Assembly: GCF_009914755.1 (NCBI RefSeq)
Contig: NC_060934.1
Length of the DNA: 64,000 nt
From: the human T2T-CHM13v2.0 reference genome, Homo sapiens
Strand: one strand, 5' to 3'
Shown: positions 37,566 through 52,492 of the stretch, piece after piece
How positions within the stretch are numbered: the stretch's first letter is position 1
How the letters are laid out: the number at the start of each line of letters is the position of its first letter
Program-made: the position numbers and the translations under genes
Notes under the pieces: generated by a model
What the model saw: the letters and a program-made list of their open reading frames with translations, nothing else
What the model was told of the DNA's origin: nothing
Databases searched by the model: none

Positions 37566-38356
37566 TTAAAGCTTTATTTGTCAAACTTCATTATTTTTGA
37601 TGGGCTATGTCAGAGTCAGGGTTAAAGTTGATATTAAACCTCCAGTGGAACCGCCAGTCATAAGGAAAGCAGTGAAGTTGTTTAGGGAGACTGGATTGCA
37701 GGATGTAACTAAGTTTCAAGTGATAATTCCTTAGCTATAGTAAGTTTAATTATATCAAAAATGTAGCAGTAATGTTTGAATACTTGCCTAATTGGACTTA
37801 TTCTGTTAAATAACTGATCATATTTAAAGCTCTTCTTGAAAAAGTCCCTTTAAAAATCCATCATGCCATGTAGATCAGTGCAAATCTACAGATAAATTTT
37901 CAAAGGAGTTGGTAGCTCCCAGAAAATCTAAAAAATGAAGGTTTTATAAATTTCTTAATATAACAGAGGATATTTGGCCATATATAAATGGCTTATCTGT
38001 GATATTTTCATACACTTGACATCTTTGGCATATATGGTGTAAACACATCAGAAAGAAAAGCCTGATATTCCACAGAATCAGTGACCATAATAATAAGAGC
38101 AGATATAGGTGACAGCAAAGAGCGTGAAGTGGAAAGCAGGATAAAGTAGAGAAGAGACAATTAAGAGAAAAAGTCTAAATTGGTTGACCTCTTTTTTCAT
38201 TATGTTTCATAAATTATATTCATAAAAAAGTCATATATAAGATTGTTGAATACCATAATATGGTATGCTTTATTTTCAATAAAGCAAAATAAAATAAATG
38301 GGCTAAAATATGGAGATGCTACAGAAAAATACAGGGAAACTTATATCAAGGATAGA

Positions 38357-38860
38357 TGTACGGTTTATTGTTATATAACAAATTATCCTGAAACTTAGTG
38401 GCAAAGACAAACATTTATTATATAATATTGTCTATGGGTCAGAAGTCCAATGTTGTGTGAATCTGCATCAAGGTTTTTGGGAGGTTGCAGTCAAGCTGTT
38501 GGCTATGGCTGCAGTCTCATCTGAAGACTTGACTGGTGGCAGTGGTGGGTAGGATGCTTCCAAACTCATTCAAATGATTGGTCTTAGTCTCTGGCCATGT
38601 GCATTTCTCCACTGCACTACTTCCCATGCCAGCTGGCTTCCCCTAGAGCAATCTGAGAAAAAGCAAGAGAGACAGAGACCAAAACATATGCCACGGTTCT
38701 TTTATAAACAAATATCAGAAGGAACACCCCATTATTTCAAATACATTTTTTTAGAATCAATTCAATAAGTTTAGCTCATATCCAAAGAGAGGTAATTAAA
38801 GAAGGATGTGAATACCAGAACATAGAGATCATAGGCAGCCATCATAGAGGCTGTGTTTCA
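38357..38860 (-). mobile_element. MaLR LTR, MLT1F/G/H-like
   Basis: ataacaaattatcctgaaacttagtggc..gaggttgcagtcaagctgttggc..ctcatctgaagacttgactgg..gtgaataccagaa..gcagccatcatagaggctg. Confidence 0.82.
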
Positions 38861-38889
38861 TGATAGACATTATTAAATATCTCTGAATG

Positions 38890-39397
38890 TGTGATGGTTA
38901 ATATTATGTATCAACTTGATTGGATTGAAGGATACCTAGATAGCTGGTAAAGTATTGTTTCTGGGTATGTCTGCGAGGGTGTTGCCATAGGAGATTAACA
39001 CTTGAGTCAGTAAAGTGGGAGAGGAAGACCTAGCCTCACTCTGGGTAGGCACCATCCAATCAGCTGCCAGTGTGGCTAGAACAAAGCAGGCAGAAGAAGG
39101 TGTGATAAGCTGGCTTGCTGAGTCTTCTGGCTGTCATCTTTCTCTTGTGCTGGATGCTGGTTACACTTTAACATCAGACTCTCTGGTCTTTGGAGTCTTG
39201 GACTTACATCAGTGGCTTGTGGGGGACGCTCAAGACTTTGACCACACACTGAAGGCTGTGCTGACAGCTTTTGTACTTTTGAGGATTTGGAACTCAGACT
39301 GAGCCACTACTAGCTTCCTTGCTCCTCAGCTTGCAGATGGCCTATTGTGAGACTTTGCTTTTTAATCATATGAGTTAAGTATTCTTAATAAACTCCC
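38890..39397 (+). mobile_element. ERVL LTR, MLT2A2-like, 3'-truncated
   Basis: tgtgatggttaatattatgtatcaacttgattggattgaagga..gcaccatccaatcagctgccag..cagcttgcagatggcctattgtgaga..taataaactccc. Confidence 0.92.
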
Positions 39398-39529
39398 TCA
39401 CTATCAGCAGAACAGCATGGGGAAAACCACCCCCAGGATCCAATCACCTGCCACCAGATCACTTCCTCAACAGGTGGGGATTACAATTCAAGATGAAATT
39501 TGGATGCGGTGCAGAGCCAAACCATATCA
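39391..39529 (-). mobile_element. MaLR LTR 5' part (MSTA/THE1-like)
   Basis: ctcactatcagcagaacagcatggggaaaaccacccc..gattacaattcaagatgaaatttgg..gccaaaccatatca. Confidence 0.88.
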
Positions 39530-41724
39530 CAATGTGATCATTTAGACTAAGACAAAAATCAAAGCTAGACAAAGGAAAATAACATGTTAATGTGGATAGC
39601 ATATGAGAGAACAATAAATGTTAAATTAGAAAAAAAAACAGAACACAAAGTAAAGTCAATCTAATGATGTAATGTTTGGAGAACTTAGCTTAAGGGGAGA
39701 AGAAAATTCAGAGTTATTCTGAAATAATCAATTAGGAATAATCTCATGTATACTTCAGTGATCAAGGATAAAGAATTTGGGCAGAACAATAATATATATC
39801 TCTAATGAAACAAGGTTTGAAATTGGAAGACAGTGAATTAGAAACTAGAGTAGTACAAAGTGAATATGATCAAGATTTTTGTGAGGACTTTGATAGATGA
39901 GAAACTTTTCTTTAAAAAAGTAAGTCAATAAAACATGGAATTAGACCTGGAAAAATGTTTGAGTGATCATAGTCTACTTCAGCTATGCACTCAGTACTGA
40001 TGATGTTCCAGGAATAGTTTTGAATAGTTTAGTTCATGCGTTAAATTAGAACTTTAATTCAAAGGAATGTTATTATTGAAGGTATTGCTTTTTTTCATCC
40101 TAACACCCATTGTTACCACAGTAAATTTAATTTATGCCAACTATTAAAAGTCTAACCCTTTTGCTAATGAACAGTTCAGGATTGTAAATATGGCCCATTT
40201 TTGGAGAATGATTTGTGAGAAGTCTACTGTAGGCATCTGGAACAGACAGAGAGTGGTGGGAAAGACAAGATGTCTCTTTTTCCTTGGATTTTGTCATGTT
40301 TGCAGACAATTCTTTAGAACGGCTATAAGCACCTTGTTGTTAGCACAAGAATGAAGTAAAAAATCAAAGATAGCAATTGTTTTCTAATTATCAATGATAC
40401 AGGAATACTTTCAGAATACTCATCCTAGGATTAAAATGTCTCATGAGTTCTCAATTTTGTCAAAATCCAGAATTTTTATTTAATAGTTATTAATTTCTTT
40501 TCTTTTTAAAATTATTTGAATGAAGAACACTGAATGGCATCCAGATGTATAAGCAGTTTTTCTCTTTCCTTATAAGACAGAAAAGTTATGTTACATCCCT
40601 TTAACCTCTAAATAGAATAAAAAATGCAAAGATAGACAGTAGGTTGGTGGTATGAAATTAACAACTTGGCATCTGTAACAGATATCTACTTACTGTCAAA
40701 TATTTACACAGAGAAAAACATTCTTTGCTGTCAAATTTTATTAGAGCTTGCACTGAACAAGGAAAAGGTCTCTTAGGAATATTTCTTGTTTGATGAGAAA
40801 TGAACACAGTGTCATTTTGCTTTTTCTTTGGGGAAAGATGAAAATAAACACTTATTTAAGTAATTGTGAGATGTTTAAAGTTTAGACTTTCTGCTTATCA
40901 AAAATGAATTGTGGGATATAACATAGCATCAAATAACAACTGCGGCTACCCACCAATATTTCCTTGGTATTACTACAATAGGCAGAAGACTGGGCTGGGG
41001 GAATATCAGGCAGCTAATTTTGATTGCAGTGTGGTTTGGGAATGAGAATAAACAGTGTGCTTTCAGAGCTTCCGTGGTATAGTGTTGTGCATTGGGATTC
41101 AGCACCTGGAAAGTTTGAACTGTGATCTCTCCAAATACTAGTGGACCCTATGTTTGTTGTTCTGTTGGTGATTATTTACTTTTGGCTTTCTTTAAACCAT
41201 TGAATCAAATTGCTATTTGATGTTTACTGGGTAAAAATTGTTGCAATAAATGCATCCTAATTCTAGGCATTTCACATTTTTCTGTTCTATATTTCACATT
41301 ATTTTACATTATCTTGACATTATCAACATCATTCTTATTTGACATTATCTAATAGAGACACTCATTATTTTTTACAATGACATTGCACATATATACATAG
41401 GACGTGGCAAGGGGAGTTAGAATTTAACTTCAAATCTTTTATTTTCAAGAAGATATGGGTTCTTGCACATACCCTCTAACTAATAAGGATAAATGTCATG
41501 GTCTTTAATAATATTATGCCAGATATTTTTATATATTACAATATTGCAATTAATTCACTCTTTCTACTCCTTCTTGACCAAACATACTAGACTGAAAAAC
41601 AAGGTACCAAAACATCGAGTTTATTTCTGAAGTTGGCCCTCCAATATCTATATACAAATACCTAGTCCAATACTTTGTCCTCTAGCTCAGCAGTGTGATG
41701 GAGGTTCCAAAGTTTGAGTTAGAC

Positions 41725-41985
41725 AGGTAACTGAAGATCTACTGCACAGCATAGTGACTAACTATAATTAATAATAATTCTTGTATACCTGAAAATTGCT
41801 AAGAAAAATAGATCTTTAATGTTCTCACCACACATACAAAAATATGTATATGAGGTGATATGTGTGTTAATTAGCTTGTCTTAATTATTTCACAATGTAC
41901 ACTTATATAAAAACATCAAGTTATACAATGTAAGTATATACAAATTTTATTTGTCAATTATATCTTAATAAAGCTGAGGGGGAAA
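41725..41985 (+). mobile_element. L1MA9-like 3' end
   Basis: gatctactgcacagcatagtgacta..gaaaattgctaaga..tgttctcaccac..ttgtcaattatatcttaataaagctg. Confidence 0.85.
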
Positions 41986-42993
41986 CGGTTATAGCAAATA
42001 TTAATAAAGTGAAATTGAAACAAACAAAAAATAGTATGACACACACCGCAAATGGCTGTCTTCATCCATGTTCCACAAAGCTCATGTATCCCAAATTATA
42101 GATGTAGATTATTCTATTGTATGCTTTTGAATTATACCTGTCTATATGGCATCTGTGGTCTATCTGCAGACATCAGTTGTTGATGACTACGCATAAGCAC
42201 CTTCTCTAAGACACCTAGACTACTTTTTGTTGAGTAAGTAGCATGTTTGGAGAAATTACCTCATTCCACATTCCTTGAATGGCTTCCTTCTTCTCTTCCT
42301 CCTCCCTCACCCTCACAGCTATCCTCTCCTACAGATGGCCTGTGACCTTTTCACTCCTGAGAAAGTTAAAACTCTAGGTGCTTCGTCAGATCACATTCCA
42401 CATCTTTGACCACCTTTAATCCCATTTTCATCCCATTTTTACCACACCATCTCTCTGTTCACCATTCAAAATTTCAAATCAGGCTACTTCTCTTCTTTGT
42501 ACAGCAAACATGCCACTCTTCTCCAAACCTCTACTCAGCAAAACTGTTCTTTATATTTTGATCACCATCAGTGTATCACAGAGTCAATATAGATTAGTAG
42601 AAAGAACTTAAACTTAGATTTTGGAAACAGCTATGTAGCAATCAATGTTATTATCTGTACTACTAATCATGATCATTAGCAAAAGTCTGCCATGCAGAAG
42701 TCTGTTGTCTTGGTGGACATATAAGATACAAAAGAAGACAAACATGCTAATGTATGGTGAGTGTTCCCAACTCCCTTCCTCTCCAAAAGGTTACACAAAT
42801 CACAGAAGCCATAGCATGGAATAAAATAGTAATATTTTAGTGGAAACATTAAATTGAAGCTAAGGGTGAATCGAAGAAATGAAAGCCCACTCACCAAGAT
42901 AACCTCAAAGTGTGTTGTTGGGTGGCTTCAGAGTTTCCACAAGGCATTTATGAATGCTCTACTGAGTTGAATAGTGGATTCATGTGAAACCAC

Positions 42994-43295
42994 ACCAATG
43001 ACTGAGGTTCTTATAATAAGAGGGAAAATTTGACACAGAGACACAGGGGAATGCCATGTGACAAAGAAGGCAGGGATTGGAGTTATGTGGCTACAAGCCA
43101 AAGAATGCCAAAGATAGCTACCATACCACAAGTATCTGGAAGAAACTAAGAAGGACCTTATCCTAGAGGCTTCAGAGTTCAGCACAGCTTTGCCAACATT
43201 ATGATTTCAAACTTCTAGCCTCCAGATAAATAAGGGAATAAATTTCTGTAGTTTAAAGCTACTTGGTCATTACAGCAGCCCTGGAAAAGTAATAT
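42994..43295 (+). mobile_element. MaLR LTR 3' part, MLT1B/C-like
   Basis: ccaatgactgaggttcttataa..gattggagttatgtggctacaagccaaagaatgcc..acttctagcctccaga..ttacagcagccctggaaaagtaata. Confidence 0.85.
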
Positions 43296-43342
43296 TTGTT
43301 AATAATAATAAGTATTGTGAGTCATTATATATTAAAGAGTAC

Positions 43343-43587
43343 ACAGTGTATGTAGAGAATAGGGGTTAACACCCTGAAATTTAAAAAGTAGGCTTATATC
43401 TCAGAACCACCACTTAGTACTTTCTCTTGGAGCAAGTTGTTTATCCAATTCAAATCTTAATTTCCTCATGTAAAATGAGAATAAGAATTGTATTTTCTTC
43501 ATATGATTTTAGCAAGAAGAAATAAGATAATGGACATAAATAAATGTCACAGTGCCTGGCATATTATAAGAGCTCTATATATGTATT
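43343..43587 (+). mobile_element. MIR, near full length
   Basis: ccacttagta..gagcaagttgttta..tttcctcatgtaaaatgagaataag..cacagtgcctggcata. Confidence 0.8.
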
Positions 43588-44057
43588 CAAAAGATAATGA
43601 CTCTACAAGAGTGATCCCAAAGTTCAAGGTGACACTTATAAAACAAGCATTTGATCTTTCTCCCCCTTCACAGAACCACTAGCACATCTCACATAAGCAC
43701 ACTGCTTTAAATACTGACACATTTTCACATGGGGTCAAGCCAACAGCCAGCAATGCCTAGATGTCTACAATTCCCTAGCAATACTCCATCCGCTTGAAAA
43801 TTGGAACTGACATAAAATATCACTTATGAATGGGCTTGGAAGGTAAGTGAAAAACAACTTTTTAAACTGTTTTTCCCCTGTGCAGTAACTCGCCACCAAT
43901 GAAGTCAAGAGACTTATATTTTCCTGACCTGTTTGTCTATTTCATGAGCACACTGTCTTGCAAATAGTTGATTTCCATTAAGTTGTCAAACAGGCAAGAA
44001 GATCTAAGGAAAATCAGAAAGAGCTCTTCAGTGACCATCAGAGCTCTGGCTGACACA

Positions 44058-44230
44058 AGTAGTTGTTAACATGCCTAGTAATCAATTGGAAATTTTGTAT
44101 TAAAGGAAGATTATTCAGCTACCATGCTCATGAGATTATGATTTATTGGGTGAGAAATCTGAGATTTTAACAGATCCCTCATGTAATGCTGTTGCAGGTG
44201 GCCTGGGAGTTACATTTTGAGAAACACTGG
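44058..44230. mobile_element. MER5A-like hAT MITE
   Basis: gattttaacagatccctcatgtaatgctgttgcaggtggcctgggagttacattttgagaaacactg. Confidence 0.6.
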
Positions 44231-44359
44231 CCATATAAATAGGGAGCAGCAAGAGTCTGATAGTTTTGTTTTAGTGTTCTTGATACTTATTTGAGAATAT
44301 AAACACCTAAAGTCACTGAGTTCGTTTGCAAGTACTTGGATCAAAATTCCACATAAAAA

Positions 44360-44718
<359 letters not shown>

Positions 44719-44894
44719 CTATCCACTCAACTAGGATGTAAGGACAAAAAGAAAAGCCCCTCAAACTGTTATCTACGTAGTAACTTAGCTAAAGTATAAT
44801 TTTGAAAATAAGCCCTTTGAACTCAGGTTTTTACTTATAGCCCCCGGGCAATCTCAGGATCTGCTCTAGCTTCTGAAGTGCTATTTTAAGGATG

Positions 44895-45040
44895 ACTCTC
44901 AACCAGTGCTGCATTAGAATTCTGTGTGGAACTTTAAAAATCCACATCTGTCACCAACTACATTGTAATTTTTGGTTGCATTCACAGAGCATAGGGATTC
45001 CTGAATTAAATCTAATGTGCAGACAAGATTGAGAACCACT
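44895..45040. mobile_element. MER5B-like hAT MITE
   Basis: ctctcaaccagtgctgcattagaat..ggaactttaaaaa..tctaatgtgcagacaagattgagaaccact. Confidence 0.55.
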
Positions 45041-47230
45041 ACTTGATCTGAACAGATTTATCAAAGGCTATATGACCAAGGTCTCTGCCTGACAATAAGG
45101 AAAAAACTGCTATTTCTGAATACTCTGGAACTCTCAGACAAGACAACCCCAAGATGTGTCACAGAATATTTGTATATATATGAGACTATAGATAATGAGG
45201 TTCTCATATATTATGTATTCCAAGTCTCAGAAATAAGCTACTTGAAAAAAAAATGTGGTCTAGTACAGACGAAGTCTGAGAGGAAAAAAAAAAAACACTG
45301 TAACTCACGTTACCAGCTTAACATCCCAAAAAGAATGGAATCTTATGGAGAATATGATAAATTTTAATAGAACTCTAGTCTGCCTGAGACTACATCTCTA
45401 AAAGAGTAAAGTTCACAAATGGGAAAATTCCATACAAAAGTCATATTCCATATGTTTAGGTTTAGATACATATGTTTAGGTTTATTTTTAATAGATTGAT
45501 TATTAATCAATCTATTAGGTTAGGTTGATTTTTAATAAAAAATCAACATTACACTAATCAGTGGGACCCAGGCTCATAAATTATTTTTGTTCATAATTTT
45601 TACTAAATATTGTCATCCTTAGAAAGATTAAACAGTTAAGCCTATCATGATTACAAACTACCCCAATACATTCTACTCCAACTCACATACATCCATGAAT
45701 ATTTTTCCCTGAGAGGATCTCTATAGAACGTAAGTTAATTATAAATAAACTACTGTGAGTGTAATACTTTCCAGATAAAAAGGATGAGATGATAATTTAT
45801 TTTGTCCCCATAAATAAGATTAAACAAGGTGTGGAGCAGCTGTGTGTCAGGCATAACTATTAAAAATCTGAGCCCTAGTAAACTCAATCCAGTGAAATAT
45901 AATAAAAACAAGTGGTTATATTTAAGAAGGTTTGAAATAAAGTGTCTTTAAGTCCTTTATCTATTTTAGAAGTTGCTCTTTTCACATAACTTTACTCTTC
46001 ACCTGAAATATGTATATATGTATTTATTATTTTTAATAAATAAGGAGAAAAAAGATAAATTATAAATGTTTGTTTCATATGGCAAAAAAGTGAATGCCTG
46101 AGGTGTTCATTTATTTCTTTTAGTTATAAATGAAAAAGAGACCTAGTCACCTATTTAATTTATCTCAGAAAATACTAGAGCTGAATAGCTGCATAGAAAC
46201 ATTCTGAAAATAAAGGTCAAAAGCAAAATTTTCAAATAAAACCTAGGTATGTATTTCATGTACTTTAAGCCAATATATATCTACTTAAAATAATAAACCT
46301 ACCAAATAATAAATTATTTAGGAATACTGATACATTTTTATATGGAATGTTTTGGCATAGTGAAAGATTATCTTTCAATACCTCTCCATATATTTGCTCA
46401 GGATTATTTCTGACCGATAGTGATGCTTTGACTCATCATTGATTATTTTACTACAAATAACTTCCTGAAAACCTTTAATGGTCATCATTTTTGGCTTTAT
46501 GGTAAAGAGGGTACAAACCATGATTTCCTCATCAACAGCCTTGCATCATGCTCGATATACTTAGATTATGAGATTTTTGTCACTGGGAGCCACGAAGTGT
46601 CTGTAGCTATCAGGATTAAAGAACAATCGCAGGAGCAAGTAATCAATCTCTGATAGGCCAGATGTACCAAAGAAATACAGTCTATAAAACATAATCTTTG
46701 ACATCTCATTTCAAAAAAACTGCATGAAAGAGAAACAATTTACCATTCATTCCTAGGCAAGCAGAGGTCACAGTGTTGAGGCACCAAACCAAGGTCTCAA
46801 AGGACATACTTGTCACTTTGAAAATGTTCTAAGACCCCTCTACAAATTGTAAAAGCTACCAACCATCCAGGAAAAAAAACGAAACAATTTTCTACAGGTG
46901 ACGAATTCCATAAGTTACACCAATTTTCTGGGCAGTTATGTCTCAAACAAATAGTAAATTTGACCTTTTTGGTGTTATAAGTGCTGCAAACTCTGAAATG
47001 AATTGATACACTTTTTAAAAAGGGGATATGTTTTTTATATATCGTAGGTTCTCACTTCAGACATTTTAGTAGTGTCTAAAATTATGGTATAGGTATATTA
47101 TCCCTAACAAGGTCACAGTATTTGTCAGCTTATAATGGGGAAAACCAATCGATGAAGTCTACCTAAATAAGGATTACCTTGTGAAATATAGTTGGGTAAA
47201 TTGTTAAAAGGACTAAATGTGATTGGGTTA

Positions 47231-47663
47231 AGTAGCTTCTACAAAGTGGATAATCTTCCCATATGTCCTCCGCAAATTACCTTGAGCTGATAGTTTTGTG
47301 ATAAAAAATCTAAAGAAACTGCTGTATTTTATATATATATAATATATATACGTGTATGTATATATATAATGTATATACGTGTATGTATAGATATATGTAT
47401 GTGTATACATATACGTATGTGTGTGTGTGTGTATATATATATATGTTGGCTCTAGTTGCTTCTACAAGGTGTGTAATCTTCCCGTATGTTCTCTCCAAAT
47501 TACCTTGAGGTGATAGTTTTGTGATAAAAAATCTGAAGAAACTGCTGTATTTTATATATATATATATATATATAATATATGTGTATGTATATATGTATGT
47601 ATGTGTATACATATACGTGTGTGTGTGTGTTGTGTGTGTGTGTATATATATATGTTGGCTCTA
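47231..47663. repeat. Tandem duplication, two ~215-bp units, each ~100 bp unique plus a compound microsatellite
   Basis: Units start agtagcttctacaa (47231) and agttgcttctacaa (47454); both end atatgttggctcta. Confidence 0.95.
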
Positions 47664-47806
47664 CTGATATAAGAAAAATAATAATTTAATCAAGTGGGCA
47701 TTCTGCCTATTAGCTGAGTGGTCATCTGTTCATTTCAGGCAATAAATAGATTTTGAAACTGTATAGTAATGAATAAATTAAAATACCATTACTTTCAGTT
47801 TTCTTT

Positions 47807-48485
<679 letters not shown>

Positions 48486-48862
48486 TAAATAAAATGACTT
48501 GAGAAAAAAACACTAAAAAAAGAAAATGTTACTGAAAATTTTATAGAAGATATAGAATGCCAAGTAAATTATTTTAGGAGATAAAATCATTATATAATAG
48601 AAATCATGATCATCTTAAATTTTAAATGTATTTTTATTACTTAAACAAATCATTTACAACCCTAGCCCCTTATCAAGTAATGTTTTACACTTTAATTTAT
48701 TCATATGATACATGTTTTATTGTCCTAATGAAATCACAGCCATGAGAAATCTCATTGTTTATTGGAGGAGGCTTAGAAATTCCCAGATATATGCTTGATT
48801 TTATATTGTAGTTAGATTTGCAAATAGCAAATTGATTAAAAGGCTGGTTTACAGCCTATATA

Positions 48863-51189
48863 CAAGCACGCTTCATTTTATTGTGGTTCACAGATTTTCA
48901 TTTTTTACAAATTGAAGGTTTGTGGCAACCCCGTGTGAGCAACTCTATCAGTGCTATTTTTCGAACAGCACGTGCTCATTTCATGTCATTGTGTCACACT
49001 GTGGTAGTTCTCACAATATTTCAAACTTTGATCATTGTTATTACATGTGTTATGGTTATCTGTGATCACTGATCTTTGATGTTACTATTGTAATTGTTTT
49101 GGGGGCATCGCAAACCATATCCATATAAGACAGTAAACTTAATTGATAAATATTGTGTATGTTCTGACTGCTCCAGGGACTGGCTGTTCCTCCTTCTCTC
49201 TTCTTCCCCATTTACTGAGACATAATAATATTGAGACTGGGCCAGTTAATTACCTTACAGTGACCCCCAAGCATTCAAGTATCTCACTTTAATTTCAAAC
49301 CTAGAAATAACTAAGCTTAGTGAAGAATACATATTTAAAGACAAAATAGGACAAAATCTAGGTCTCTTGTGTCAAATAGTTAGCTAACCTGTAAATACTA
49401 AAGAAGTTCTTAAAGGAAATTCAAAGTGTTACTCTAGTAAACACATAAATTATAAGAAAGTGAAACAGTCATATTGCTGATATGGAAGAAGTTTGAAAGA
49501 TCTGGATGGAAGATCAAACCAGGTGCAACATTCCTTTAAGTCAAAGCCTCATCCAGAATAAAAGTCCTAATTCTCTTCAATTCCATAAAAACTGAAAGAG
49601 GTAAGGAAGCTGCAGAAGAAAAGGTTGAAGCTAGTAGGGGTTAGTTCTTGCGGCTTAAAGAAAGAAACCATGTTCATAACATGAAAGTGCAAGGTGAAGC
49701 AGCAAGTGCTGATGTGGAGCTGCAGCAGGTTATCCAGAAAAATCTAGCTAAGATAATTGATGAAGGTAGATACACTAAACAAATTTTCAATGTAGATGAA
49801 AGAACCTTCCATTGAAAGAAATTATCATCTAGGACTTATAGATAAGAGGAGAAGTCAATGCTTGACTTCAAACCTTCAAAAAATAGGCTAACTCCCTTGT
49901 TAGAAGCTAATATAGCTTGTGACTTTAAGTTGAAGCCAGTGTTCACTTACCATTCAGAAAATCCTAGGGCCCTTAAAAACTGGTTAAATCTACTCTGCCT
50001 GTGCTCTATAAACATAACAATGAAGCCTGGATGACAACACATCCTTCCACAGCATGGTTTACTGAATACTTTCAGCCCACTATTGAGATCTACTTCACAG
50101 AAAAAAAATTTTTTAATATTCCTGCTTACTCACAATGTTCCTAGTAACTCAAGACCTCTGATGTGGATGTACAAGGAAGGAAATGTTATTTTCATGAATG
50201 CCAATGCAATATCCATTCTGCAGCCCATAAATCAAGGAGTAATGTCGGTGTTCAAGATTTATTACTAAAAAATACATTTTATCAGACCATAGCTGCCATA
50301 GATAGTGATTCTTACAAGGAATCCGGGCAAAGTACGTTGAAAACCTTCTGGAATCACCATTCTAGATGCCATTAAGAACATTCATGATTTATGGGAAGAG
50401 GTCAAAATGTCAACACCAACTGGAATTAGGAAGAACTTGATTCCAACTTCATGAATGACATTGAACAGTTCAAAACGTCAATGGAGGAAGTAACTGCAGA
50501 TGTGGTAGAAATAGCAAGGGAACTAGAATTAGAAGCAGAGCTCGAAGAGGTGACTTAATTGCTGCCATCTTATATAAAACTTGAACAGATGACGAGTTGC
50601 TTCTAATGGATGAACAAAGAAAGTAGTTTCCTGAGATGGAAAATACTCTTGGTGAAGGTGCTGTGAACATCTTTAAAATTATAAGAAAGGATTGAGAATA
50701 TTACATGTATTTAGTTGATAAAGCAATAGCAGAGTTTGAGAGGATTGACTAATTTTGAAAGAAGTCCTGTTTTGGTTAAAATGCTATCAAACAGCATTGC
50801 ATGCTACCAAGAAATATTTTTTGAAAGGAAGAATCAATCAATGCAGGAAACTTTATTTTCCCTTGAATATATGAAATTACCACAGTCACCCCAGCTTTTA
50901 GCAACTACACTCATCAGTGGGCAGCCATCAACATCAAGGTAATACCTTCCAATGACAAAAAGATTACAAATCGCTGAAGTCTCAGATGATCATTAACATT
51001 TTTAACTATAAGGTATTTTCTAAATTAAAGAAGCTTTCTAGATATATGTTGTGACACAGTTAATAGACTAAATTTTAGTATAAGCATAATTTTTATATGC
51101 ACTGGGGAAAATTGTGCGTAACCTCTTTATTGCAATATTGACTTTATTTGGTCTGGAACCCTACACACAATATCTTCACAGTATACTTT
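48863..51189 (+). mobile_element. Tigger1 DNA transposon, near full length (~2.3 kb), transposase decayed
   Basis: TA then caagcacgcttcattttattg..ttttacaaattgaaggtttgtggcaaccc; DDE relic NVIFMNANAISILQPINQGVMSVFKIYY; 3' end ggtctggaacc..caatatcttcacagtatac; many stops. Confidence 0.95.
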
Positions 51190-51781
51190 TTCCCCCAAAT
51201 ATTTTACCACCTAATGAAAATAGCTACCTACAGAATAAAATGACAATTATCTAATTTTCACAATACAAATGAAAAATACAAGTTCTGTGGTATTGGACCA
51301 TGGATATGATGCATGTTATTTTTAACCAATTTACTTGCTAAAGAAAACCTCTCTGATGAATTATTTCCCTGAGGTAAATGTATCATTGAAATTTTCAATA
51401 ATACAATGTCTTGCACTATTAAAGAGTGAATATCTAAAAGAAACAAATAACATATTAGTACTTATTAATTATATGAGCATATATGCACATACAAACTAGT
51501 TTGAGTAAAATATAAATATTTTAAAAATTCAATCACTTAGTTTGGGAGAGAAGTATTGAAGAGGGCATCTGTATTTTGCCCAATAGCCAAAACAGTTTAT
51601 ATAGTTTATATCCCTTCCATTACCAGCCCTTCCTCAATGGCATTCAATATTAATAGTTTCCTGTGAATTATACTAACAATTTTCTAAGCATTATATAAGA
51701 AGCAGAGCATATTGACAGCATTTATTTGTTCTGTGAGAGATAAAACAATGAAATAAGATTTAGAAATTCTCTTATTCTCTT

Positions 51782-52109
<328 letters not shown>

Positions 52110-52492
52110 TAAAGATCTAGCAATCAAGCAACTTTAGGGAAAATTATTTACAATGTGTTTACTATCTAGAAATACTTTGTTTCCTTGTCATGTGTACATA
52201 GTACTTTTTCCTGTTGTTATTTACAAATACAAATATGCAGATATTCCACAAGAAGACAGCCAGAGTGTATACGAGTTAATCAGCCTAGAACTGTCCTCCA
52301 TTTCTATTTACCCTAGAAGCCTCATTCCATTGTTTCGACTTTGAGGAGATTCAAGAGATCTTCGAGACTTTGAAACCACAGTTATGAAAATATTCAAACT
52401 TTCTCTTTTTTTTTGTATTCTTCTCTAAAATGGATATGATAATGGCACTTACATCATAGCCATGCTGTGAGCATAGATGAAATTATGTATTT

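Noticed and set aside
47228-47612. Two paralogous minus-strand ORFs (KYSSFFRFFITKLS..)
   Set aside because: By-products of the tandem duplication plus microsatellite; no coding signature.
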